A stretch of DNA of 38,245 bases from Candidatus Wildermuthbacteria bacterium RIFCSPHIGHO2_01_FULL_48_27b (GCA_001824915.1 MHTS01000009.1:1-38245), one strand, 5' to 3'. Counted from the stretch's first letter, positions 1 through 8,400 are shown. The notes: a model not told the origin generated them from the sequence alone. Numbers and translations are program-made.

Positions 1-8
1 CAGCTCAA

Positions 9-47
9 TGTGCGGGGACAGTCCCAGCACAAGAGTCCCAGCACAAG
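9..47. repeat. REP-like palindrome (TGTGCGGGGAC-A-GTCCCAGCACA) overlapping a 14-bp tandem duplication
   Basis: 11-bp arms with 1 mismatch around A20; AGTCCCAGCACAAG occurs at 20-33 and 34-47. Confidence 0.6.
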
Positions 48-84
48 TTATTGACAAATTAGCAGGTATAGCGTAAATAGAAGT

Positions 85-385
85 ATTGCTCAACGGTTGA
101 GGAAACTCCCTTTCTGAGAATTAAACAAAATTTCTTAGGAAGGGGGTTTGCTCTAACCGTGCGCGCCGGTAATGGGGGTTCCGGGCATCGAAACGAGCCC
201 GAAAACGCAAGTGGTCGCGAACATCGGGGCACCTATGATATGCCGAGACAAACGTTCCTAACGCAACAGGCAAGCCCCGAGGGATGGCCGGCTATAAACC
301 CTAGAGCAAACCCCCGTGGTGAAGCCCTGAGGCGATATGCATATCTCTGCGAGAGTGCAACGTCGCCTCGGGGCACTTTCTTTAT
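85..385 (+). ncRNA. Unassigned highly structured RNA (candidate sRNA or switch)
   Basis: 18-bp stem 103-120/132-149, 14-bp stem 142-155/302-315, hairpin 182-201, stem 224-230/274-280, 13-bp stem 324-336/362-374 followed by a U-rich tail; G-U wobbles favour the + strand; TTGACA at 51-56. Confidence 0.6.
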
Positions 386-398
386 AAGACACAGAGAT

Positions 399-902
399 TT
401 AAGAGTATCTGTCTGCAACACTCGATGCGGCGAAGGATTCAGGTTTAATTTTTGGCTCAAAGCCGTTTCCGCGGATAAGCCCAGTAACTTCCTTTATCAT
501 ATCGCGAGTAATGCCATTTTCCCCAATATCAGCGTGAATATACTGAAAATCATACGTTACGCCATGCCGGAGAGCAAACTGGCCGAAATTCTCGCGCAAC
601 CATAAAGCAAGCTGGCACGAAAGCAGCACCTCTTCTAAAATACGCTGGCGTCTGCTGGGAAATGGGCGCGCGGGATAATGTATTCTGCGCAAAAAAAATC
701 TTCCTCCTGCCTTTTTCCGCAGCACTACGATAACTACTGGAAACGTAGGATCTGTGGTAGCTGAAGAGTCGCACCCCACGATAACTTCGTATTTCTTATG
801 GGGTTCCTCTTGCATATAGACCACCATCTCTTCCAACACTTCAGGGAGTGAAAGCGAACCTTTTGTCGGACTGTAAAACTTTTCGTTCAGAAAAAGATCC
901 AT
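399..902 (-). CDS. RNase H-like YkuK (DUF458) family protein
   Basis: VIVGCDS, IHADIG..G and KP.SFAASSVADRYS motifs. Confidence 0.85.
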   Translation of the reverse strand: MDLFLNEKFYSPTKGSLSLPEVLEEMVVYMQEEPHKKYEVIVGCDSSATTDPTFPVVIVVLRKKAGGRFFLRRIHYPARPFPSRRQRILEEVLLSCQLALWLRENFGQFALRHGVTYDFQYIHADIGENGITRDMIKEVTGLIRGNGFEPKIKPESFAASSVADRYS

Positions 903-911
903 AGATGCATT

Positions 912-940
912 ACTGTATCACGCAGCGGCGTTTTTCACAA
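912..940 (-). promoter_or_regulatory. Sigma70 promoter of YkuK-like gene
   Basis: TTGTGA-17-TACAGT with TG extension; -10 lies 9 nt from the ATG at 902. Confidence 0.55.
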
Positions 941-941
941 G
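922..941. repeat. 20-bp direct repeat, copy 1 (duplicate of tpiA 3' end)
   Basis: GCAGCGGCGTTTTTCACAAG identical to 1311-1330. Confidence 0.95.
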
Positions 942-959
942 TTGCAACCCCCTATTACA

Positions 960-1301
960 CTAAGTCAGCTTGCTTCCAATCTCAACGCTTTTCTTTGCAG
1001 GAGTAATAAGTATCCAACCTAACCCCTCGGTATTTTTGAAACCGAGTGTAAGCACTTCTGACATGAAATCAGCAACCTTTTTGGGCGGAAAATTCACCAC
1101 GCAACACACAAGCATTCCTAAGAGTTCTTCTTTCGTATGCGCGCCGGGCGCCTGCACGCTGGAAGTTTTTATGCCGATCGGGGGACCGAAATCTATTTTC
1201 AGCCTAAACGCAGGGTTGCGTGCTTTCGGAAAATCATCGACTTCTATCACTTTCCCGAGGCGAATATCCACTTTCTCAAAATCTTCCCAGGCGATTTCCA
1301 T
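960..1301 (-). CDS. csaA: tRNA-binding / CsaA-type OB-fold protein
   Basis: FEKVDIRLG, IDFG..IG.K.SS.Q and VVNFPPK...F.SEVL.LG motifs. Confidence 0.85.
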   Translation of the reverse strand: MEIAWEDFEKVDIRLGKVIEVDDFPKARNPAFRLKIDFGPPIGIKTSSVQAPGAHTKEELLGMLVCCVVNFPPKKVADFMSEVLTLGFKNTEGLGWILITPAKKSVEIGSKLT

Positions 1302-1306
1302 ATAAT

Positions 1307-1975
1307 TTATGCAGCGGCGTTTTTCACAAGATTGAAGAATTCACACGCGTCCAGCGAGGCGGAGCCGACGAGCGCGCCTTGAACTCCAGTTTCTTTTATA
1401 AGCGAAGCAATATTTGAGCTAGTTACACTGCCACCATAGAGGATCGGGCTAGTTTTGAGTGTACGGCGCATTGCTGCAACCCGAGAAGCCACAAGTTTGG
1501 TATCCGCAGCTCCCTTTCCTTCGGTGCTAATAGCCCACTCTGGTTCATACACGACAAGAAGGCCAGGCATATCCTTTGGTGTTTCTTCTTTTTCCCCTAC
1601 GCATAAAATAACTTCCAAGCCAGCAACCAGCGCTGCTGCAACTTTCTTTTGCACCATATCTTCCGTTTCTCCCAGATATTTTGCGCGTTCTGAATGCCCA
1701 AGAATAACATACGCACACCCCATGGCTTTAAGCATTTGAGGAGAAACCTCGCCAGTGAAAGCTCCCTGCTGTTCCCAGAAACAATCCTGTGCGCCAAAAA
1801 CAGCTTTCGGATATTTCTTAATAAGTCCTTGAAGATATACAAATGGTGGACAAAATACTACGTTTACAGTTTTTGTATCTTTCGTGCCAAACAATATCTC
1901 ACTTATCAGGGCTTGCGCGTCGAGGAACGTGCAGGGATTCATTTTCCAGTTAGCTATGATAATTGTCTTTTCCAT
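1307..1975 (-). CDS. tpiA: Triosephosphate isomerase (short, 222 aa)
   Basis: ANWKMN, GAFTGEVS, LGHSER, YEP.WAI, LYGGSV and LVG.ASL motifs. Confidence 0.95.
   Translation of the reverse strand: MEKTIIIANWKMNPCTFLDAQALISEILFGTKDTKTVNVVFCPPFVYLQGLIKKYPKAVFGAQDCFWEQQGAFTGEVSPQMLKAMGCAYVILGHSERAKYLGETEDMVQKKVAAALVAGLEVILCVGEKEETPKDMPGLLVVYEPEWAISTEGKGAADTKLVASRVAAMRRTLKTSPILYGGSVTSSNIASLIKETGVQGALVGSASLDACEFFNLVKNAAA
1311..1330. repeat. 20-bp direct repeat, copy 2 (inside tpiA 3' end)
   Basis: Identical to 922-941. Confidence 0.95.
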
Positions 1976-1988
1976 TGCTGCTATGCAT

Positions 1989-2612
1989 TTACGCTTCCCG
2001 TTTTAGAAGCTTAATATGCCTCCAAATCCACCATGTTCCTAATACTACAATAATTCCGGCAATAAGCCAATCAAACGTCCTGAAATATTCCTTCAGCCCA
2101 TCCCAGTTTTCCCCAGTGATTAACCCAGCATATACAAGCATCATGCTCCACATGAAAGACCCCGTAAAAGTATACAGTGAAAATTTCCAGATGTTCATGC
2201 GCGCCATGCCAGCCGGAAAAGAAATAAATGTCCGCACGATAGGAAGGACTCGGGAAGCAAAAATAGTGATAGGCCCATATTTGGCAAACAGCCTGTCCCC
2301 GAGGTCCAAATCATGACGTGTTATAAAAAAATATCGCCCGTAGCGCTCCAGGAACGGCCTCCCGCCCCATTTCCCTAGATAATACGATACCAGAGAGCCG
2401 ACAAGGTTCCCAAATGCCCCCGCAAAGATAACAAGCCACCAATTGAGCTTTTCCTCCCAAACTAAAAACCCTGCAAACGGCATGATAATCTCCGAAGGAA
2501 TTGGAATATTGGCACTTTCCAATGCCATTAACAGCGCAATGCCGACATACCCCGTGGTTTCAATGACAAAGATAATGGTATTCGCAAGAAACTCAAAAAT
2601 TGTTTCAATCAT
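1989..2612 (-). CDS. DedA family membrane protein
   Basis: LESANIPIPSE, YYLG.WGGR and R.LP.VRTFIS.PAG motifs. Confidence 0.92.
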   Translation of the reverse strand: MIETIFEFLANTIIFVIETTGYVGIALLMALESANIPIPSEIIMPFAGFLVWEEKLNWWLVIFAGAFGNLVGSLVSYYLGKWGGRPFLERYGRYFFITRHDLDLGDRLFAKYGPITIFASRVLPIVRTFISFPAGMARMNIWKFSLYTFTGSFMWSMMLVYAGLITGENWDGLKEYFRTFDWLIAGIIVVLGTWWIWRHIKLLKREA

Positions 2613-2618
2613 ATATTT

Positions 2619-3674
2619 CTAGGAGTGATTCTGTTTACGCAAAAACGCTGCCGCTTTTTCTGGTTCAATAGTAGAAACTTCGATTTGCGAACCTAGTTCA
2701 TATCCTGCCCAAACTGCGGTTCTCGGCAGAATTTCCCAGTGCCAATGATAGTGTTCATAGTTCCCGCCGTCAGCAGGAGCCGTATGCAAAAAATAGTTAT
2801 AGTCAGGATCTTTCAACGCCTTGTATAACTTTTTCATCGCCGCGAGAAAGGCATCCGCAAGCGCCTCTCGCTCTCGCGCGTCGATCTGCTCAAAATAGGG
2901 AGCATGAGCTTTGGGATATACCCGCATTTCAAAAGATACGCGGGAAGCAAAAGGGCATACCACTATGAAATCATCGTTTTCATATACCATGCGTTTTTTG
3001 TCTTTTCTATCCCACGCAATCATAGCACAGTGGATGCACTTTTTCTTTTCTGTAAAGTATTCCAGAGAGCCTTGAAGACTGCTAAGAATATCGGGGTCGG
3101 TAACAGGAGCTGCTATGATTTGGGAATGCGGATGAGCAACCGAAGCGCCGGCCCTCGGCCCCCTATTTTTAAAAATGGAAATATGCTTTACAAATCTTTT
3201 ACCCTTCAAAGCTCTATAGCGCGCGTGATACATATCAAACAGCTCTTTCGTTTGCGAAACAGAAAATTGCGGGATATCGTCTGCGTGGGATTTTGTAACG
3301 ATAACTTCATGAAATCCGACCCCATCTGCCACCTGATAAGGTCCAAGGTTCCGGATTTTAAAATATTTTTTCGCTACGAACGCTGGATATTTATTGGGAA
3401 AGGCAATAGTGGTCCAGTATCCAGGAACACACTTCTTCCCTGCAGGTAAAGGTATCTCTTCCCCTTCAAAAAATGCGTGCGTGGGGCAATCCTGCTTTTC
3501 TAAAGTATCGAAAGGGCAATCTTTCTGCGCAGCTTCCCATGAGGCGCGATCATGCCCACCTGCTCCTCGACGCAAGTCTTCGAGCTTATGCGCTAAACCC
3601 GTCTTAACAAGAACCCAATCTTTGGAAACAGGATCAAGACGCAATTCCGATGGAAATTTTTTTAATTCAGCCAT
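2619..3674 (-). CDS. galT: Galactose-1-phosphate uridylyltransferase-like HIT protein
   Basis: ELR.DP, CPF, PNKYPAF, G.HEVIV, GAS..HPHSQ and HWH.EI.PR motifs; start placed at ATG 3674 overlapping the upstream stop. Confidence 0.85.
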   Translation of the reverse strand: MAELKKFPSELRLDPVSKDWVLVKTGLAHKLEDLRRGAGGHDRASWEAAQKDCPFDTLEKQDCPTHAFFEGEEIPLPAGKKCVPGYWTTIAFPNKYPAFVAKKYFKIRNLGPYQVADGVGFHEVIVTKSHADDIPQFSVSQTKELFDMYHARYRALKGKRFVKHISIFKNRGPRAGASVAHPHSQIIAAPVTDPDILSSLQGSLEYFTEKKKCIHCAMIAWDRKDKKRMVYENDDFIVVCPFASRVSFEMRVYPKAHAPYFEQIDAREREALADAFLAAMKKLYKALKDPDYNYFLHTAPADGGNYEHYHWHWEILPRTAVWAGYELGSQIEVSTIEPEKAAAFLRKQNHS

Positions 3675-4383
3675 ACCTTCGCAAACTAATTTGCAAAACT
3701 TCCAAAAACATTTTCGCCATTCCTGAAAATCGAACTTTGCTTTGCTTGTCATTTACCCATGTTACCGGCACTTCTTTGATTTGATATCCAAGTTTTTTCG
3801 CGATAACCAACACCTCCACATCAAACGCCCATCGGTTGATTTTGGCGCACGAAAAAATTTCCCGCGCGGCGCGGGCGGAAAATCCTTTAAAGCCGCACTG
3901 CGTGTCCCAAATGCCCCACAAGCCAGTAAGCGACTGCACCACAAGATTGAAGATATCTCCCAGCCGCCGCCGCCACCAGGCTTGCCGCACGGCAATCACC
4001 GCTCCTTCGATATCACGGGAACCGATGATTACCTCAAATCCTTTCTCAAATTCAGGCCACATTCTTCCCATATGTGTTATACTCGTGGAATTGTCAGCAT
4101 CAGAAAACACGCGATATGCGCCTTTTGCTTCCAACATTCCTTGCCGCACCGCATATCCCTTCCCGCGGTTTTTTTGATTGTCAATCAATCGCAGATTCGC
4201 GATTTCCCGCGCCAGCGCGTTCGTTACCTCGACTGTTCTATCGCGCGAACCATCGTTTACCACAATAATTTCGTATTCATAATCCTGCTTCCGTAAATAC
4301 GCGTCGACGTCCCGCAGCGTTCGCGGCAAACGGCTTTCTTCGTTATACGCGGGGATTACCACTGACAACTTCAATTCTGACAT
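3667..4383 (-). CDS. GT2 glycosyltransferase, polyprenyl-phosphate glucosyltransferase-like
   Basis: SVVIPAYNE, VNDGS.D, N.GKG.AV, DAD, DTQCGFK and FDVE motifs. Confidence 0.92.
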   Translation of the reverse strand: MSELKLSVVIPAYNEESRLPRTLRDVDAYLRKQDYEYEIIVVNDGSRDRTVEVTNALAREIANLRLIDNQKNRGKGYAVRQGMLEAKGAYRVFSDADNSTSITHMGRMWPEFEKGFEVIIGSRDIEGAVIAVRQAWWRRRLGDIFNLVVQSLTGLWGIWDTQCGFKGFSARAAREIFSCAKINRWAFDVEVLVIAKKLGYQIKEVPVTWVNDKQSKVRFSGMAKMFLEVLQISLRRYG

Positions 4384-4389
4384 TTCGCT

Positions 4390-4398
4390 ATTGTATCA
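4390..4398 (-). promoter_or_regulatory. Extended -10 promoter, leaderless
   Basis: TGATACAAT 6 nt upstream of ATG 4383. Confidence 0.6.
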
Positions 4399-4412
4399 CG
4401 CCGCGCGCGCAT

Positions 4413-4442
4413 AAAAAAACCCCAGTATGAGAACTGGAGTTT
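4413..4442 (-). terminator. Intrinsic terminator after WG-repeat gene
   Basis: AAACUCCAGU/ACUGGGGUUU stem followed by a U-tract. Confidence 0.75.
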
Positions 4443-4466
4443 CGCCAGCAAGGAACCTTTGACAGA

Positions 4467-4796
4467 TTACTCTACCGGCTTGCCGTCTGGGGTGATGCGG
4501 AAGTAACTACCACCCTTCCGTACGAGAGCCCGACCCTGGAAAAAGGGCCCAACGGAGTCATACCGTTCCGTGTACGCCGGCTTGCCATCCCGGCGGATGT
4601 GGAACCATTGACCTGCTTCCCTCACCCAGGCAAGGCCTTCCGGAGAGAAAACAGGGCTGACACAATCGTACCTCTCCTTGTACGCCGGCGTGCCATCAGG
4701 ACAGATATGGAATTCCTTGTCCTTCTTCTTGACCCGAGCGAAACCGTCGAAAAAACGATCAACGGAATCGTACTGCGCCAGCAGTTCGGAGCTCAC
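4467..4796 (-). CDS. Small WG-repeat (KWG-type) protein with about 3 repeats
   Basis: Repeated F..G.A.V......FHI..DG.PAY..RYD.V units; GTG start with GGAGGAG SD at 4801-4807. Confidence 0.75.
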   Translation of the reverse strand: MSSELLAQYDSVDRFFDGFARVKKKDKEFHICPDGTPAYKERYDCVSPVFSPEGLAWVREAGQWFHIRRDGKPAYTERYDSVGPFFQGRALVRKGGSYFRITPDGKPVE

Positions 4797-4824
4797 GGTT
4801 CTCCTCCATGCGCTGATTCTGGTT

Positions 4825-4853
4825 ATTTTAGATACTTCTCAAGGCCTCGTCAA
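4825..4853 (-). promoter_or_regulatory. Sigma70 promoter of WG-repeat gene
   Basis: TTGACG-17-TAAAAT; the -35 lies inside the map 3' end. Confidence 0.6.
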
Positions 4854-5588
4854 CACCTCCGCGCCGTTTTTTATTATCGCGATTGTGTCTTCAAAGTGCG
4901 CCGAAAGAGAGCCATCGCGGGTTATATATGTCTGGCCGTCGCGAGCTCGCTTCACATTCCAATCCCCCATAGTAACCATAGGTTCAATGCAGATGACCAT
5001 ACCCTCTTTGAGTTCAACTCCGGTGTGGCGCGAACCATAATTGAGCACTTGGGGTTCCTCGTGAAGTTCTTTCCCGATGCCGTGGCCGCAAAGCTCGCGC
5101 ACAACGCCATATCCCCGCTCTTCCACAAAACGCTGAATCGTATTCCCAACATCTCCTACAGTCACGCCCGCGCGCGTTTTTTTGATTCCAAACTCCAATG
5201 CTTCTCTAGTAACCCGCACAAGCCGTGCGGTTTCTTTTTCAATTTCTCCCACCGGCACCGTACGCGCCATATCCGAATAATAGCCTTTATAAATGAGCCC
5301 TAAATCAAGAGTGATAATATCGCCCTCTTTGAGAATTTTTTCCGGGGAGGGAATCGCGTGCACCACCTCTTCGTTTACCGACGCGCATAGCGTAGCCGGA
5401 AACCCCTGATAATTTTTGAAAGCAGGCTTTGCACCTGCTTTCAAAATTTTTCCTTCAGCGATTTTGTCAAGTTGTGCGGTGCTCGCGCCAGGCTGCGCTT
5501 GCGCGATAAGCTCATCCATTATCCCGGCCAGTATGCGCCCCCCTTTTCGCATAATCGCGATTTCTTGCGGTGTTTTGATAGGAATCAT
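4839..5588 (-). CDS. map: Methionine aminopeptidase type I
   Basis: C.SVNEEVVH, D.G, SD.ART, GHGIG..LHEEP, IEPM and SAHFE motifs. Confidence 0.97.
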   Translation of the reverse strand: MIPIKTPQEIAIMRKGGRILAGIMDELIAQAQPGASTAQLDKIAEGKILKAGAKPAFKNYQGFPATLCASVNEEVVHAIPSPEKILKEGDIITLDLGLIYKGYYSDMARTVPVGEIEKETARLVRVTREALEFGIKKTRAGVTVGDVGNTIQRFVEERGYGVVRELCGHGIGKELHEEPQVLNYGSRHTGVELKEGMVICIEPMVTMGDWNVKRARDGQTYITRDGSLSAHFEDTIAIIKNGAEVLTRP

Positions 5589-6181
5589 TGTTCAAAAAAA
5601 TCCTTGAACTTCTCTACTATCTCTTGGTGTACGGCTTCAACCGATTGCTCTCCGTTTATTTCAACGAGTCGCCCCTTTTCGCGATAGTACTCTACGGCCG
5701 GCACCACCTCTGCTTTATACCATTGCAGCCGCTCCCGAATCGCCGCTTCTGTATCATCATACCTTTTTCGCGCCAGGAGACGTTTCATCGCTTCTTCATC
5801 CGTAATATCCAGATGAACTACTCGCATATTTTTCTCCAGGTTATAAAACCACAAAGTCTCATCCAGCAAGTAAGCTTCGTAGAGTTTTCGAGGGCTTCCT
5901 TCAAAAATAATTCCTTTAACTTCATCTCCCGCTTCTCGTATCTTCTCAAGTTCGTGCAGCCACAAATGGAAAATAATCGGCGTAGGAATAAGCCCTCCCC
6001 TATCAAGGATTTCCGCGATTCTATTCCCGACAAAATCTTTTTCTCCTGCTCGAGCACGAAGCAAACTTCCAGAACTAATAATTTTCAGAGCATGTTGTTC
6101 TGCAAGCTTCTCCACCTGCGTCCCCTTCCCGGATCCCGATTTTCCTAAAACAATTAATACTTTAAAGTTAGAAGGTGTCAT
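5585..6181 (-). CDS. adk: Adenylate kinase, short-LID type
   Basis: G.SGSGKGTQ, G.PR and RLL.R.R.DD motifs; lies between secY and map. Confidence 0.9.
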   Translation of the reverse strand: MTPSNFKVLIVLGKSGSGKGTQVEKLAEQHALKIISSGSLLRARAGEKDFVGNRIAEILDRGGLIPTPIIFHLWLHELEKIREAGDEVKGIIFEGSPRKLYEAYLLDETLWFYNLEKNMRVVHLDITDEEAMKRLLARKRYDDTEAAIRERLQWYKAEVVPAVEYYREKGRLVEINGEQSVEAVHQEIVEKFKDFFEQ

Positions 6182-7445
6182 AATCGCGCATCTGGAGCTG
6201 CGCTCTCACTTGACGCATGGTCTCCAAGGCCACGTTTACCATAATGAGAAGCGCGGTGCCTCCGAGCAAAAATTGAAACGCCGTAACGTGAGTAATCATC
6301 TGCACCAAGAAAGGCATTACCGCCACCATACCCAAAAACAGGGCTCCGATTAGCAGTATGCGATTTAAGATATAAGAAATATGTTCCGCGGTAGAAGCGC
6401 CGGGCCGCACGCCGGGCACAAACCCACCCATTTTTTGCAGGTTTGTGGAAATCGATTTTGGTTCGAACGTTACTGCCGTATAGAAAAAAGTAAAAGCGCC
6501 CACCAACAAGAAGTACACGACAATATATATCCAGGATGTGGGATTAAAGTTGGTCACAATGAATTGCGCGATGTTCCCCGCGAAACCTGGCTGACCCACA
6601 AAGAAATTCGCGATCATTCCGGGAAACATCAGAAGCGACAATGCAAAAATAATGGGAATCACTCCCGCAGGATTTACGCTCAAAGGAAGATAGGTGGAGC
6701 TGCCCCCATAAATTTTGTTGCCTCGCACGCGCTTGGCGTAGGATACGGGGATATTGCGCCGCGCTTCCGTTACAAACACTACCCCCGCGATAATCACTAT
6801 CGCCATGAGGAAAAACGCGGCGATCGAAAGGCTGCGTGAAGGATCCCAATCAACAAATAGCTGCCGCACACTCAAAGGGAATTCGGCAACGATACCGGCA
6901 AAAATTAAAAGCGACACACCGTTTCCAATGCCCTTTTCCGTAATCAACTCGCCCAGCCACATCAAAAATACTGTTCCCGCGATTACCGTGCCGAGCGCCG
7001 TGAGGTAAAAAAGCGGAGACAACTGGTCAATAATGCCCTGCCGAGAAAGAAGTGTCAGAAAACCATATCCCTGCACAAACGCAAAAGGAATGGTCAATAT
7101 TCTTCCATATTGATTAAATTTTTTCCTTCCTTCTTCACCTTCTTCTTTATACAATCGGTTGAGCGCCGGAAAAATCATCGTAAGCAGCTGCATCACAATG
7201 ACCGCGGTAATATACGGCCCCACCCCAAGCATTACAATAGAAAGGTTGTCGAGCGCGCCACCCGTAAACAGATTAATCAACCCAAACAATTGGTTGCCTT
7301 CAAAAAAGGCCTGCAATCTTGAGGCATCAATCCCGGGAATGGGAATATTCGCCATTAATCGAAAAATGACGAAAATGCCCAAAACGAATAAAATCTTATT
7401 CCGAAGGTCTTTAAGTTTAAAAAGTCGAAGGAGTTTTTCAAGCAT
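6168..7445 (-). CDS. secY: Preprotein translocase SecY
   Basis: LGV.PYITA, WLGE.ITEKGIGNG.SL, GVIPIIFA and PG.RPG motifs; start set at MLEKLL. Confidence 0.98.
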   Translation of the reverse strand: MLEKLLRLFKLKDLRNKILFVLGIFVIFRLMANIPIPGIDASRLQAFFEGNQLFGLINLFTGGALDNLSIVMLGVGPYITAVIVMQLLTMIFPALNRLYKEEGEEGRKKFNQYGRILTIPFAFVQGYGFLTLLSRQGIIDQLSPLFYLTALGTVIAGTVFLMWLGELITEKGIGNGVSLLIFAGIVAEFPLSVRQLFVDWDPSRSLSIAAFFLMAIVIIAGVVFVTEARRNIPVSYAKRVRGNKIYGGSSTYLPLSVNPAGVIPIIFALSLLMFPGMIANFFVGQPGFAGNIAQFIVTNFNPTSWIYIVVYFLLVGAFTFFYTAVTFEPKSISTNLQKMGGFVPGVRPGASTAEHISYILNRILLIGALFLGMVAVMPFLVQMITHVTAFQFLLGGTALLIMVNVALETMRQVRAQLQMRDYDTF

Positions 7446-7447
7446 GT

Positions 7448-7876
7448 CTATTTTATGGTTCCACCCGCTTTTACTATTTTCTCTCGCGCGCTCTTTGACA
7501 AAACGCAATCTTCTATGGTCAGCGCTTTAGTTATTTCTCCATCGTTCAGAATTTTAATGCTCCGAATCGCCCCTTTTATCTTACCTGCAATTTTCTTTTG
7601 CGCCAACACAGCAGGATTCACCGTTTCACCGGCCTGAAAATGCTTTTCCAATTGGGCGAGTTTTACGATGATCGCTTTTTCGCGCCTTGGTCTCCGGGAT
7701 CCGCGCAGTTTGGGATAGCGTTTCAGCAGTTCCCGCATCTTCGGGGCCATTCGATGTCCGGCTCGGGATTTCTGCCCCTTCATGCCGCGCCCGGAATACG
7801 TGCCCTTTTTGCCGCCCCGACCAATGCGTCGCGCTCTTCGCTGTTTAGTCTTTGGTTGTATTTCGTGTATCTGCAT
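7448..7876 (-). CDS. rplO: 50S ribosomal protein uL15
   Basis: RIGRGG..G..SGRG.KGQKSR motif; operon position. Confidence 0.96.
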   Translation of the reverse strand: MQIHEIQPKTKQRRARRIGRGGKKGTYSGRGMKGQKSRAGHRMAPKMRELLKRYPKLRGSRRPRREKAIIVKLAQLEKHFQAGETVNPAVLAQKKIAGKIKGAIRSIKILNDGEITKALTIEDCVLSKSAREKIVKAGGTIK

Positions 7877-8399
7877 CGTTTTTCTCCGCCGGCTCGCGGA
7901 TTTTTTTCAGCATTTTTAAAGCTTCAATCGTCGCCAGTGCGTTGTTCAGCTTATTATGGGTTTTCGAAACAAACTTTCCCGATATATTCTGAATTCCCGC
8001 GAATTCACAAATAATGCGTATCGGCCCTCCGGCAACCAGTCCTCTCCCGCCCTTTTGCGGTTTCAGCAATACCACTGAAGCCCCGAATTTCGCTTTCACC
8101 TCATGCGGAATTGTCCCTTTTTGAATAGGCACCAGAATGGCTCGTTTCTTCGCCTGGCGCGTTGCCTTTTCTATCGCCTGGGTAACATCTGATCCTTTGG
8201 CGACGCCGACACCTACTTTTCCTTGTTTGTCGCCCGAAATGACGACGGCGCGAAAACGGAAACGGCGCCCCCCCGCTGCCACCCGCGTAACGCGTGCCAA
8301 ATCAAATAATTTTGCGTCCGACTCTCGCCTTCCCATCTCCCTGCGAGACCCTCCCCGGGGACCGTGACCGCGATCAGGTTGTAATTGTTCTCGTGCCAT
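7845..8399 (-). CDS. rpsE: 30S ribosomal protein uS5
   Basis: RVTRV..GGRRFRF, VG.G..K and G.IPHEV motifs. Confidence 0.96.
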   Translation of the reverse strand: MAREQLQPDRGHGPRGGSRREMGRRESDAKLFDLARVTRVAAGGRRFRFRAVVISGDKQGKVGVGVAKGSDVTQAIEKATRQAKKRAILVPIQKGTIPHEVKAKFGASVVLLKPQKGGRGLVAGGPIRIICEFAGIQNISGKFVSKTHNKLNNALATIEALKMLKKIREPAEKNDADTRNTTKD

Positions 8400-8400
8400 A

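Noticed and set aside
99-110. GAGGAAACTCCC resembling RNase P RNA CR-I
   Set aside because: No matching CR-V (ACAGAA..CGGCUUA) to form P4; the motif is absorbed in a local 18-bp hairpin
142-315. Retron a1/a2 inverted repeats
   Set aside because: No reverse transcriptase downstream on the + strand and no evident msr/msd layout
159-605. 148-aa + strand ORF and 75-aa minus ORF (233-460)
   Set aside because: They overlap the structured RNA and the YkuK-like gene and show no recognisable motifs
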